Virus record (IMG/VR): IMGVR_UViG_3300048762_000252
Location: 64,001-128,000 of that record
Source: a virus
Taxonomy: Duplodnaviria; Caudoviricetes
Direction: 5' to 3' (one strand)
DNA length: 64,000 nt
In this document: positions 19,206 through 29,354 of the stretch, piece after piece
How the letters are laid out: each line of letters begins with the position of its first letter
Numbering within the stretch: the stretch's first letter is position 1
Notes under the pieces: model-generated
What the model was told of the DNA's origin: nothing
What the model saw: the letters and a program-made list of their open reading frames with translations, nothing else
Database searches by the model: none
Position numbers and translations under genes: made by a program

Positions 19206-22200
19206 TCACTTCTTTCCAGAATTAAAGTCCACAGGACAAACTCCGGTATCGCACCCTATATGCTCACGACCAATGTCTTCAGTGAGTTTTGCAGCCTGTA
19301 TTTTTTCAACGATGGATGAGAATTTCTTTTCACTGATTGATTCTTCCGGTTGATATTCATAGCTGGAAGTATCTTCTTGTGGCATAATCGAACAGCATCG
19401 TACTTGTGACTGATATTTCAAAATCATCTTTTTAAAATGGTCGAAGTCCGTCAGATTCGGCTTATATTTGAGCGTATATGAAATTTGCCCACCGTAAATG
19501 TCTTCTACCGGCTTGCCATCAGGAGTAACGCCGCAAATCCAATACTTCTCACCAAGCATGAGCCATTTGAATTGTTCTTCAGGTGTGGCATTCGCCGCTG
19601 TAACCAACTTATCACCCATACCAAGCGTTGTGATTGTCGGTTCGGTTGGAAATCCTACAATAGTTGTATTTGTATATTGCGTTAATTTTCTAACAGGGTA
19701 TCCAGCTTTCTTGTATACTTCTACAAGAGGGTCGTCATTACTGAATTGAACCCATCGTAGAAAATATTCCATTGACGGAAGGTGCCATCCTTCCGTCAAA
19801 CCAAACAATTTACTAACAGACCCACTCGGTTTAACGGTAGTGATTGTATGTGGCGGTTTCACCCCAAGTTCTTTTGCATAGCTTTGTGCTTCTTCATACA
19901 CAATATTGTTGAAACGAGCCATTTGCATCCAAAATGGTTTGGATTTTTCTTCATCAATCAGATCCTTAAATCCAAATCCGAAAAATTTGTACGCAAATTC
20001 ATGCACGCCTGTTATACCTACTCCGATACGATTGGTGCGTTGAACTTCTTTGCTATAGATTGAATCCATAAGGTTCACACGCATAAGCGCACGAGTTGAT
20101 ACTCTAAACGCTTCTTCAGCTTCTTCAATTGTGTTAGCATGAAACGGTACAACATCTGCCAAACAACAAAAACCACCAAGTACATTTAATGGGATTTCTC
20201 CGCACGGGTTTACGATGGTATGGTACTTCTTTTTCTTGGCACGCTTTGCTAGTCTAGACATCAATATTTGTGTATCATCATTAATCTGATATTTTTTTGA
20301 TCCAACATAATCACCACGATTCAGATCATTCCATCCATCGTCTTTCTGAACAAGCAAATGAGAGTTGATAAATCCTGGTTCACCAGTACCGTCTGCGTAT
20401 GCTGCACTACAGACCATCTTGAACACTTTTTTAGCGTGCTTGGCACGTGGAGTTTTGTCTTTAGGATTCTTCACAAGTGTCCAAAATTCATCATCAACAG
20501 TAACAGAGTTGTTCGATGACCAAAGAAATGCGTTTGGATGATTGTTCTTACGGAAATCTAAAATTTGAAACGTATCTTTACCATGAAATTCCAACGGACG
20601 TTTGATTGTGATAAAATCGAAGCTGGTAGAATCGCTCCAATGCTTTGTGGACATGCGTGCTGAATTGTGTACCAAAACGCCTTGACAGACAAAACAATTA
20701 CCATCAGCAACTTCCAAATCGTAAGTTTTAGACGGCATCCCACCAGAAATAGCAATGACTTCTTGTGGGTAATAACACGTAGAAATTAATGTATTATTCT
20801 TCCAAGCATCGTATGAGCTATTATTGTTAGTCGCAATCCGACCTTTTATGTCACTGTATGTGAGCTTTCTTTCAAAAATTGCTTTCGTTACAAATTTACA
20901 AGGGTAGGAATCTTGATGCCCCCGATGTTCATTTGTTGTCAGAGCCTTTGCGCCTGATGTCAAAGTTGAAAATTGAATTTTATTACAATTATTGATGAAA
21001 TTCAAACTTCTCTGAGGTTTCCATCCTTCTCCTTTCGGTTCAGATTCATTTAGCCGCAGCATTACACCAATTGATGCTGCGAGGGCTTGTAAATCTTCAA
21101 CCCAGGAAAAATAAATTGAAGTTACCAATTTTTGTGGTCTGTTTTTTGTACACCCATCGCTGTCCATCACTCCTTGCAGATATGCTGCACGTATTTCTGG
21201 AGAAGCCGACTTAATAAAATTGGGAATTTTCAACAGTGTATTGGGTTGTTTGATGTGCTTGAAGAAATATGAAGCAAGAGATTTGCTACTCACTCGCACC
21301 TGTTTCATGTTTCCTACATCACTAATAACTGCTTTTACACCAAATCGTGATAGTACATCTGCCGCCCGTAACGCAATATTTTCGTATTCTTTGTCTTGTG
21401 AAATTCTAATGTTTCCGTGGGTGTCAGTCAACTCTACGTATCCATCACCATGAATCAGACCAATCAACCACGCAACATCAATATCAAGAGCAGGAATTAT
21501 AATATCCATCAACGTAGTAGCATGTGGCGACCGGACATAATCATCAGAAGGCAAGTGCGTCAAACCGCCCTCATCTATAGTAGGAATCCAAAACAGTCGA
21601 TCACCAACCGATAACTCACTTGCTAACTTCCATTCATAGGAATCAACACCGGTAAGAATGGCAACTCTATGATTTGGAGTGCATACAAGTTTTCCATTCT
21701 TATAAATTACAGTAATTGTTTCTTGTTCTCCTTGATTGAAAGTTGCAGTGACAGGCTTCCATCCATTTGGCGTCGATACTAAATCACCTATAGATACATT
21801 TTCAATGGCCTTAAAACCTGCATTCTTCACCAGGACTCGTTGGCCTTCAGCAATACATCTTCTTGCACCACCGACAAGCACGCATTCGGCAAAGTAGTGG
21901 TCCAGGTACATCGCTTGCTTCCAGGGCGATAAACCGGCTCCCTTGAGGCTTGCAGCCTTGTTAAACGCATCCATAAGAGCAACAGGACCGCTGGCTGGCC
22001 GATTTTGCATTCCTTTGATTGGTAGACCTTTGGCACGAACTTTCGAAAAATCTAAAATGAGCATTTTCTCTGCATGAATTTTTTCAAATGCAGCATTCTC
22101 CCAAATTTCCAGACCCTTAGCCCACCCTTCTCTGGAATCTGGAATTTCATACCACATAACATTGGGACCTTCTTTGCCATACTTATGGCGGGCATCACGC

Positions 22201-22682
22201 ACACATTCATGCGCCGATTGGTTAAAATCTGGATGAGAGGAATCCAATACACAACGAAGATTTGGTGCGTTATCCCAATTCACTAACATCATATCATCGT
22301 CATAACAGCGACCTACACCAGAGCCATTAAGTAGAAGATAAAAGAGAAGGAATGACGAAGATGCAGTACTGCAATTGGTAAAGCATTCCATATTCCTATT
22401 GGGTTGTGTTTCATCACCATGTTGAAGATGTCTTCCAGACATGAGTGTGTTGCCATTGGCTATGTGTTTGCGAAGTAAAAGATATTCGGCTTCAGATGAG
22501 TGAATTGAACCATCAAAAAGAAGACTGTTACCACGAGCAACACGAGTAGCAACATCCAACCATGTTTCCCATTCTCCATTTTCTTTTTTTCTTAGCACGG
22601 TTCTCTCGGCGATAGCGAGACCCATACCTGAAGAAATAGGACGAAATGAAATAGATGGAACGGTGTTCTGTGATTGCGACAT
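19206..22682 (-). CDS. nrdJ: ribonucleotide reductase, class II (NrdJ-like), intein-containing
   Basis: TNCST, GGARR/SA, NPCGEI, TVKPSGS, C-terminal CDTGVCP; no beta subunit nearby. Confidence 0.85.
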   Translation of the reverse strand: MSQSQNTVPSISFRPISSGMGLAIAERTVLRKKENGEWETWLDVATRVARGNSLLFDGSIHSSEAEYLLLRKHIANGNTLMSGRHLQHGDETQPNRNMECFTNCSTASSSFLLFYLLLNGSGVGRCYDDDMMLVNWDNAPNLRCVLDSSHPDFNQSAHECVRDARHKYGKEGPNVMWYEIPDSREGWAKGLEIWENAAFEKIHAEKMLILDFSKVRAKGLPIKGMQNRPASGPVALMDAFNKAASLKGAGLSPWKQAMYLDHYFAECVLVGGARRCIAEGQRVLVKNAGFKAIENVSIGDLVSTPNGWKPVTATFNQGEQETITVIYKNGKLVCTPNHRVAILTGVDSYEWKLASELSVGDRLFWIPTIDEGGLTHLPSDDYVRSPHATTLMDIIIPALDIDVAWLIGLIHGDGYVELTDTHGNIRISQDKEYENIALRAADVLSRFGVKAVISDVGNMKQVRVSSKSLASYFFKHIKQPNTLLKIPNFIKSASPEIRAAYLQGVMDSDGCTKNRPQKLVTSIYFSWVEDLQALAASIGVMLRLNESEPKGEGWKPQRSLNFINNCNKIQFSTLTSGAKALTTNEHRGHQDSYPCKFVTKAIFERKLTYSDIKGRIATNNNSSYDAWKNNTLISTCYYPQEVIAISGGMPSKTYDLEVADGNCFVCQGVLVHNSARMSTKHWSDSTSFDFITIKRPLEFHGKDTFQILDFRKNNHPNAFLWSSNNSVTVDDEFWTLVKNPKDKTPRAKHAKKVFKMVCSAAYADGTGEPGFINSHLLVQKDDGWNDLNRGDYVGSKKYQINDDTQILMSRLAKRAKKKKYHTIVNPCGEIPLNVLGGFCCLADVVPFHANTIEEAEEAFRVSTRALMRVNLMDSIYSKEVQRTNRIGVGITGVHEFAYKFFGFGFKDLIDEEKSKPFWMQMARFNNIVYEEAQSYAKELGVKPPHTITTVKPSGSVSKLFGLTEGWHLPSMEYFLRWVQFSNDDPLVEVYKKAGYPVRKLTQYTNTTIVGFPTEPTITTLGMGDKLVTAANATPEEQFKWLMLGEKYWICGVTPDGKPVEDIYGGQISYTLKYKPNLTDFDHFKKMILKYQSQVRCCSIMPQEDTSSYEYQPEESISEKKFSSIVEKIQAAKLTEDIGREHIGCDTGVCPVDFNSGKK
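20664..21857 (-). mobile_element. intein with LAGLIDADG endonuclease (398 aa) in RNR
   Basis: ARR|CIAEG ... VLVHN|SAR; TPNH, GLIHGDG, GVMDSDG. Confidence 0.95.
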
Positions 22683-22689
22683 TTTTATA

Positions 22690-22896
22690 TTATCCTAGTG
22701 GTAATTTCCACTTATATTGCATTGAAGATACTTCTGAATTTCCTATGTGTTGAAAAAATTTACAAACTGTTTCGTCTCGTTTTGTTCGCATTACATGAGA
22801 TTTGTTGACATGCAATGGAAGTTCTACTTGTTTCAGTTTTTGTTGTAACATCGTACACCAAGTCTTGTTTTTAAGGTTGGCGCATTCTGTTGACAT
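22690..22896 (-). CDS. hypothetical protein
   Basis: GGAG RBS; lies directly upstream of RNR. Confidence 0.45.
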   Translation of the reverse strand: MSTECANLKNKTWCTMLQQKLKQVELPLHVNKSHVMRTKRDETVCKFFQHIGNSEVSSMQYKWKLPLG

Positions 22897-22919
22897 TGAT
22901 TATTTTTTCTCCGATAATG

Positions 22920-22958
22920 AAAAAGGTGAGTGTAATTTTAATCGGCATTACACTCACC
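22920..22958 (-). terminator. intrinsic terminator or attenuator hairpin
   Basis: perfect 12-bp stem GGTGAGTGTAAT/ATTACACTCACC followed by TTTTT on the minus strand. Confidence 0.75.
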
Positions 22959-23019
22959 GATTGTTATTTAGGTAAGATTCATTCTTCTAAAATCACTATT
23001 GTAAACAGTTATGAGTCAT

Positions 23020-23889
23020 CTATTTACAGCAACCAATTTTTTGAACCAGTTCTGAATGATTTGGAACAAAATCTGTAACATATTCACGGGGTAATGAATT
23101 TCTATACGCTTGCCAACCAGTGTATTTGGCGTATCGTAAATCGTTTCCCATTGCCATACAGACATGTTCAAAAGGAGAGGCGTGTAGTGGGGTGTGATAT
23201 CGTAATCTGTCGTGAAGTTTAATGTCTTCGCTAAAATCTCTAACACCTTCTTGTGTTAAATATGATGTTCGAGCACATCTTCCGACCGATACTTGAATCA
23301 CAGTATCTCCACATTGTTTTTTTTCATCATCGGAAACATATGGTGTATGCCAATCACCAGAATTTAGTTCTTGTGGTATAGATGTGAAGTAAGCATATTG
23401 GGCCATGTATGCTTGTTCCTGAATGTCTGGTTGGGCATCCTTTTCGCAACGCAGTGCAAAATAATTTGACCATGCACCGCTATCACCGGTTACACAAACA
23501 GTTATCCAGGACCAAGGCTCTAACAGCCGATTGACGATTTGTTTATGAACATTCAAACCATCTTTATCAGCCATTGTTTTGGCGATTTCAATTGCTTGAT
23601 CTCTAGCACGCAACCAATAACGAATAGCAGCTTCCCGGTTGTCACCTTCTAAATTTTCTGCTGCTTGCATTCCACTTTGATTCACTCCCCAATGTTTCGG
23701 AATGAATGGGTCATCAATAACTCGTTGAAGAACTTTAGAAAATGGAATAGCTCGACTAGAACTTGCATTTCGAGCAAACATGCAGTGTGTATTAAATTCT
23801 GCATGAACAATCCGAGGATGAGTCAATTGCATTGTTGTCAGCCGGTGTCCATTACAGATTGAATCTTTTATAATTTTAGCTTCGTACAT
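23020..23889 (-). CDS. thyX: flavin-dependent thymidylate synthase (ThyX family)
   Basis: RLTT...HAEFNTH...RNASSSRAIP, HKQIVNRLLEPW, RCARTSY, HASPFEH. Confidence 0.85.
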   Translation of the reverse strand: MYEAKIIKDSICNGHRLTTMQLTHPRIVHAEFNTHCMFARNASSSRAIPFSKVLQRVIDDPFIPKHWGVNQSGMQAAENLEGDNREAAIRYWLRARDQAIEIAKTMADKDGLNVHKQIVNRLLEPWSWITVCVTGDSGAWSNYFALRCEKDAQPDIQEQAYMAQYAYFTSIPQELNSGDWHTPYVSDDEKKQCGDTVIQVSVGRCARTSYLTQEGVRDFSEDIKLHDRLRYHTPLHASPFEHVCMAMGNDLRYAKYTGWQAYRNSLPREYVTDFVPNHSELVQKIGCCK

Positions 23890-23898
23890 ATTTTCTCT

Positions 23899-24684
23899 TT
23901 ATTTGTTTGTCATCTTCCTTTCTATTTGATATAAAGAAAATTCGTATTTTGAAATCTTTGTGTTGCTTCTTGTCTCTACGGACATTTGATTGTATTGAAG
24001 ATCAAATGTATACGATATTGGTCTGATCGGCGTGCCGCATCTAACGATCCGTTTTTTCTCTACAAAGGTCGGCGTAATCGGTAAGCAATTAACGGGAACG
24101 ATCAACGAAAAGTTTTCGTCCAATACAGGCCCAACAAGAGAATATGGCGTTGGGATAACGTACATTTTTCTGTCACGAATTGCGATGTCACCAAACGAGC
24201 CAAACGCCGGAATACTTGTGTTCAAATGGGCATAGCGATTTGTGTTGAAAAAAGAACCATGACAGATTACTACATCTAACACGGGAAATGATTTGCTCTT
24301 TGTTTTTGGGTATCTACCAAAGGCATAGAACAAAGATTTGTCTTCAAAGATGCCTGATGGCAAGTGGCTGTTTGCGTCAAATGTATTATCTCTACCAGGA
24401 ACTTCCAATCCTTTGACCTCATATGCTTCGTTTGAAGCATGAAGAAGGAAATCTGGAAACAAATTTCTACCTTGTGGATCTACAGACGAAGCAATCTTTG
24501 TTAAGCGATCATGAAACCAATTTTGAAAATGGAACTCTTTGTCATTCGCCTCTGTTCGGTGTATTAAGCAACCAGTGTGGATGGCATCAAAACACTCTTG
24601 CAGTAATTCAAAACAAACGGTTGAAAATTGTGGTATGGACTCAAATTCACTCTCGTCTTCATCATCAAATGGGTTGTAATTCAT
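23899..24684 (-). CDS. type II restriction endonuclease-like PD-(D/E)xK nuclease
   Basis: FPDFLL...AYEVKG catalytic pattern; AAGGAG RBS. Confidence 0.65.
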   Translation of the reverse strand: MNYNPFDDEDESEFESIPQFSTVCFELLQECFDAIHTGCLIHRTEANDKEFHFQNWFHDRLTKIASSVDPQGRNLFPDFLLHASNEAYEVKGLEVPGRDNTFDANSHLPSGIFEDKSLFYAFGRYPKTKSKSFPVLDVVICHGSFFNTNRYAHLNTSIPAFGSFGDIAIRDRKMYVIPTPYSLVGPVLDENFSLIVPVNCLPITPTFVEKKRIVRCGTPIRPISYTFDLQYNQMSVETRSNTKISKYEFSLYQIERKMTNK

Positions 24685-24772
24685 ACTCCTTTCTGTGCCA
24701 ACTGTGCCAAACAAAAAGGGAATCCCGAGCGAGACTCCCTCATTGCAATACTTAAGCCCTTGGTAGTTACGT

Positions 24773-25144
24773 TTACGCTGCCAAAGCAGCTTCACGCTGA
24801 CGGCGGCGAAGAGCCTTTGCTGCTTCCCGGTTGTAAACGAGCCTTAAATTTGATGCCCGATTGTCAAAAATATCACCGTTCTTATGACGAACGGAAACTC
24901 CACGTCGCAGCGCTTCTGGGCCAAAATGAACAAACGCTACTGCCTTGTGGACACGTGCGTTATACTTCTTGCCTTCAAGATGCACTGTTACTCGTGGTTC
25001 GTATGTAAATCCGCCGATTTCTAGGCCCTCTTTGTTAAAGACGCAGCCTGTACGTGGGTCAATGTAATAATTTCTTGCAAGTTGTTGGACGGCACGGAAA
25101 TGTGTGCTTCGTGGGCGTCCGTTCATGTACGTAGTTTGTTTCAT
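24773..25144 (-). CDS. HNH endonuclease
   Basis: VHKAVA...VRHKNGDIFDNRASNL. Confidence 0.8.
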   Translation of the reverse strand: MKQTTYMNGRPRSTHFRAVQQLARNYYIDPRTGCVFNKEGLEIGGFTYEPRVTVHLEGKKYNARVHKAVAFVHFGPEALRRGVSVRHKNGDIFDNRASNLRLVYNREAAKALRRRQREAALAA

Positions 25145-25155
25145 ATTTTTACACC

Positions 25156-25389
25156 TTAGACAAATTTTTTGTCTTCGATTTTAGCGTATGGTGTGATCGC
25201 AACGTAAGCGTCTACTTTTTCAATTGCTTCTTCTTCAGAATCAGCATGTGTGAATAGAGTTTTATATGTCGGTTGACCGTTCGAAAGGATCGAACGAGTT
25301 AGCGAATTTGGATCGAAATCCTGTTGCTCTTGGAGAGCTTTCAACTCATCTTCTGAAGCGTAGGCAATGCGAAAAGAGTAAACGTTCAC
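25156..25389 (-). CDS. hypothetical protein
   Basis: ORF in operon. Confidence 0.55.
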   Translation of the reverse strand: MNVYSFRIAYASEDELKALQEQQDFDPNSLTRSILSNGQPTYKTLFTHADSEEEAIEKVDAYVAITPYAKIEDKKFV

Positions 25390-25402
25390 GGTTTCACTTT
25401 CT

Positions 25403-25762
25403 TTAGAATAACATTAATTCTGAATATGTCAAGTTCTGCGGGCTATGCTCCCATGCTGTTACCTGAGATAAAATTTCTGTAGGCAGTTTGACAGTGATTT
25501 TTTTTCTGGATGCTTCGTCCTTCATCTCTTCTACCATCATGTCGATTTCATCTCGCCGATCTTGAAGAACTTCGAGTAGTATCGCCACTTCATAATCAGA
25601 AAGATCGAAATTAGACACTTCAAGTAAATCTTCTGTATCAAGTTCACAGAAATATACATAAAGATCTTCATCGAGGCTCCAAGAAAATCCTTCGGAGCTT
25701 TTTGGCTGCTTCGGAGTGATGTTTACCAAAGTTTGCAATGTGAAGTTTTTCTTTGTGTTCAT
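25403..25762 (-). CDS. acidic hypothetical protein
   Basis: ORF in operon. Confidence 0.6.
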   Translation of the reverse strand: MNTKKNFTLQTLVNITPKQPKSSEGFSWSLDEDLYVYFCELDTEDLLEVSNFDLSDYEVAILLEVLQDRRDEIDMMVEEMKDEASRKKITVKLPTEILSQVTAWEHSPQNLTYSELMLF

Positions 25763-25813
25763 ATACCAAGCGTCGGTTATGTTTGGATAATTTCTAACTT
25801 TGAATAAGAACCT

Positions 25814-26398
25814 TTATTCGCCACCACTTACTGCCATCAAAATGTGCATCAAGCCAACCCCCTGTTGTCTCGCATCATCAAGAGCATTATGATTAATTTC
25901 AAGTCCTTCGCTCCATTCGTCCGGTAGAAGACTACGTTCCGCTTCAGAATACGGAACAGCGAACAAAATTGAAATTGCTGTACGGATATCAAATGCCCGA
26001 TTGCGTTTAAATAGATCATTTACTGCATCTTCACCGATAAATTTGTAAAGATACCAAAATAGGAATGCTGAATCAAAGGCTGATGGATTCGCTGCCAAAA
26101 TATGAGGTTGTGGTAAAGCAATGCACCAATCGTAAAACTCTTTCATAACTACAACTGGATCACGGCGTTCCTTGCGAATGCGTTTCCATTCTGCCAAATT
26201 TTTCATCCAAAATTCCATTGTGCCTTGACTGCGTTCGGAACCATCCCATTCTTCTAATGCGGCATAAAAATGACTGATTTCTTTGCCGCCTCTGTATGCA
26301 ACGGCTCCTAAAGCAATCATTGAGTGAACGCCTGCTACAAGCCCTGTTGTTTCTATATCAAAACTAATGATCGTATCCTTTTCTAATAATCTATGCAT
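25814..26398 (-). CDS. DEDDh 3'-5' exonuclease (paralog of 8058-8717)
   Basis: SFDIETTG, AFD, HNALDDA. Confidence 0.85.
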   Translation of the reverse strand: MHRLLEKDTIISFDIETTGLVAGVHSMIALGAVAYRGGKEISHFYAALEEWDGSERSQGTMEFWMKNLAEWKRIRKERRDPVVVMKEFYDWCIALPQPHILAANPSAFDSAFLFWYLYKFIGEDAVNDLFKRNRAFDIRTAISILFAVPYSEAERSLLPDEWSEGLEINHNALDDARQQGVGLMHILMAVSGGE

Positions 26399-27488
26399 GT
26401 CCTTTCCTGGCGTTCCCTTTACGATTCGCCCAATGCTGAAGTTCCAATTTCGCACGCTCTCCGCTAAAAAGATTCATGTCAATAAGCTCACGAATCTTTT
26501 CTGGTTTGTATCCATTCATTACCATCAAGTTAATATCTTTTTCTTTGATGTTTTCCGGCCAAATGCAGACAGAATAACCATTTTCAATAGCCCTAGCAAT
26601 TTTTTTTATAGTGTCAACTTTGTGTTTTTCGTTGTCGTAAACAATGGCGATTCTGTCCCGTGGAAATCCAGATGGAATATCGCTACCCGCCATTGCTATA
26701 GCATGTGGTAAAAATAAGCTGTCAAGGGGTCCTTCCACACAGTAAATCCGTTCCTGACTCACCAATGAGATTTTATGCATCCCAAAAATTCGTGGCGCAT
26801 CTTTGTCTGCCTTGATTGTGATGTATCGGACGGCTCCGGGTGCATCCACCCACTTATTCAATGCTTTGTCATACTTTGGTTGTGATCGGCCTTGCATAGC
26901 AATCAATTGATGCTTGGTGTCAAAAAATGGAATGATGATACGGCCTTCTTTTATCAAAGCAAACTGGTGTCCTGGCAAAAATTTGTCAACTACTGCTGGA
27001 AAATCATCAGTCCAATAGAGTTCTTTCAGTGCATCTGCCGGTAGTTTGCGCCAATCTAGATACGCACGGGCAGGATGATCCGGTCCAAGCGTTGCGATAG
27101 CAGGACATCCGACAAGGGCTGTAGGTTTGGCTGGTTTGTACTCTTTCTTCTTTTGATAATTTTTGACTACTTCAGCAGGATCTTCATCTTTTTGTCTTGG
27201 ATGTGCTTGACCTTTGTCAAGATACGACTCGTAGATGTATTCTTTGTAAATTGATGAATCTAATTCTTGGATTAATTTGCCAAACGGCAAACAAATTCCG
27301 CAATTATGACATTTGTAATATAATCCGTCGTCTCCTCGAAGTATATAACCTCTAGTTTTATACTTTTTCTTTTTTGAATCGCCGCAAATAGGACAGGATA
27401 CTGTATAAATATAATCAGCTTTCTTTTTAAAATTGCGAAGAAGTGGACGAATTTTCATTACATATTGTTCGTCAACATATAAGCTCAT
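26391..27488 (-). CDS. 61: DNA primase (T4 gp61-like)
   Basis: CPICGDS...YKCHNC Zn finger; VEGPLDSLF, YDNE, KDIN TOPRIM motifs. Confidence 0.95.
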   Translation of the reverse strand: MSLYVDEQYVMKIRPLLRNFKKKADYIYTVSCPICGDSKKKKYKTRGYILRGDDGLYYKCHNCGICLPFGKLIQELDSSIYKEYIYESYLDKGQAHPRQKDEDPAEVVKNYQKKKEYKPAKPTALVGCPAIATLGPDHPARAYLDWRKLPADALKELYWTDDFPAVVDKFLPGHQFALIKEGRIIIPFFDTKHQLIAMQGRSQPKYDKALNKWVDAPGAVRYITIKADKDAPRIFGMHKISLVSQERIYCVEGPLDSLFLPHAIAMAGSDIPSGFPRDRIAIVYDNEKHKVDTIKKIARAIENGYSVCIWPENIKEKDINLMVMNGYKPEKIRELIDMNLFSGERAKLELQHWANRKGNARKGHA

Positions 27489-28254
27489 GATAGCCTCAAT
27501 TTATAAAATCACCAATATCGACAACGGCAAACAATATATTGGATACACAAAAGGAAATATTAATTTTCGTTGGAAAAAACATTTATCAAATGCGGTACGT
27601 GGGTCTAAAAACATATTACACCGAGCAATTAGAAAGCATGGTGAAAATTCCTTTATAGTAGAAATTATTTACCAATCGTGGGAACCAAAATACTGTTTGA
27701 ATGTCATGGAAGAATATTTTATCAAAGCGTACAACACTCATTATATTGATGGCATTGGATACAATATGACTCATGGTGGAGACGGCAGCGATGGGATGCT
27801 TGGTAGACATCATTCCTTTGCTACACTTCTTAAATTGAGAAAACCACGCATCAATAAAGGTAAACTTAGACGACCTTATAGTGCCGCATACTGTGAAAAA
27901 ATGAAAGGAAAAAATTTGGGAGAAAAAAATGGAATGTTTGGCAAAAAACCTGCCAATTATGGAATTCCAATGAGTGAAGAGCAAAAGCAAAAATTGAAAC
28001 AAGTATGGAAAAATCGTTCTGATTTGAGACAAAATTATTCTAAGAGGATGAAGCAAAACAATCCCATGCACAATCCCGATGTGGTACGCCGCACAATAGA
28101 AACTATAAAACAAACCGGAGCCTGCGCTGGAGGAAATAATGGAAGAGCAAAACCATGTAGCATCAATGGAATTACATATGCTACCATTGGCGATGCCGTT
28201 AAAGCTTCCGGGAATTCTCGATACGCAATCAAAAAGCGTTGTACATTTATTTGA
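27487..28254 (+). CDS. GIY-YIG homing endonuclease
   Basis: SIYKITNIDNGKQYIG, GYNMTHGGDG, GEKNGMFGK. Confidence 0.9.
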   Translation: MIASIYKITNIDNGKQYIGYTKGNINFRWKKHLSNAVRGSKNILHRAIRKHGENSFIVEIIYQSWEPKYCLNVMEEYFIKAYNTHYIDGIGYNMTHGGDGSDGMLGRHHSFATLLKLRKPRINKGKLRRPYSAAYCEKMKGKNLGEKNGMFGKKPANYGIPMSEEQKQKLKQVWKNRSDLRQNYSKRMKQNNPMHNPDVVRRTIETIKQTGACAGGNNGRAKPCSINGITYATIGDAVKASGNSRYAIKKRCTFI

Positions 28255-28308
28255 CATCGCTCTTTTATTAAAACACGAAACCGAATAATGTCAAGACGGT
28301 AGGTGTAC

Positions 28309-28797
28309 CTATTTCACTCCAGTTTTGTGAATTGTATCGGCCAGTTTGGAATGCCCAAAAATTTTGTCCGCAAATATACGTGGATCAACCGGGTCTGGGC
28401 CTACAATTTCGAGTTTTCGGCGTACTGGCACCCCAGGTTCGGCAAAACTAGGCTCACCTTTGCGCTGGATGCCGATTCCTGCGATTTGGGCGTTCCCGGC
28501 TGCATTTGTTGGCATGGGACCGCCCATAGAGCCACCTTCGTCTTCGGACACCTTCTTGGGCTTCTTAGGCGGCTGCAAAGCAGGATTCCAATTGTGCTTG
28601 CAATTACCGCATTCACGAAACGGTCCAGACTGCTTTACATGTCCTTTTATTCTACAGATTGGACAAGTTTCTGCGCTCTCTGAAACATCTTTGCAACGGC
28701 GGCAATGCTCGTTATCGGCTGGTGCATAACTGCTTTGCTTTCGACTTTTGGATTCTGATAAGGTTGCGTCTTTTTTAAACTGCCTAAATGTCTTCAT
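28309..28797 (-). CDS. probable internal head protein with capsid-targeting-like N-terminus
   Basis: MKTFRQF...LSE N-terminus; Cys-rich module; late promoter upstream. Confidence 0.6.
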   Translation of the reverse strand: MKTFRQFKKDATLSESKSRKQSSYAPADNEHCRRCKDVSESAETCPICRIKGHVKQSGPFRECGNCKHNWNPALQPPKKPKKVSEDEGGSMGGPMPTNAAGNAQIAGIGIQRKGEPSFAEPGVPVRRKLEIVGPDPVDPRIFADKIFGHSKLADTIHKTGVK

Positions 28798-28834
28798 ACT
28801 TTTCCTTAATATCTTCTCAAGTCTAAATACCAAT

Positions 28835-29354
28835 ATGAATATTTATCATACACGTCAAGAAGCGTTGTCAAATGGAAGCACCTTCTATCAAGGAAAGCCT
28901 TGCAAAAATTGTTTTTCTATTTTACGGTATGTTAGTACTTATGCTTGTGTTAACTGCTCTAAAGCACCAAATGATAATAAACGAGCAGCATCAAAACGTT
29001 GGAAAAACAAAAATAAATCTCATATTAAAGAATATCGAAAACAATGGCATGTCCTTCATAAAGAAGAAGAAGATCAATACAAAAAAGAATGGCGTTTACA
29101 ACGTCTAATCATTGATCCAGAATATACTTGATACTCCACAACATAAACAACAGTTATTATATTTTGCTTTCAAAACCTTCCAATCTTTTACTGAATGAGT
29201 TCCTTCCGCCGCATGTATTTCTGAAGATCATATCATCCCTTTGTCCGCTAACGGAACTAATTACATCACAAACATTCAGCCGTTATGTATGTCTTGTAAT
29301 TCAAAGAATTTTCAACGGTTTCGTAAATTTGGAATACAAATCGATTATCGTTAA
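28835..29354 (+). pseudogene. HNH homing endonuclease disrupted by an internal inversion
   Basis: N-terminal part on +, central HAAEGTHSVKDW...CCLCCG on -, EDHIIPLS...NIQPLCMSCN on +. Confidence 0.85.
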
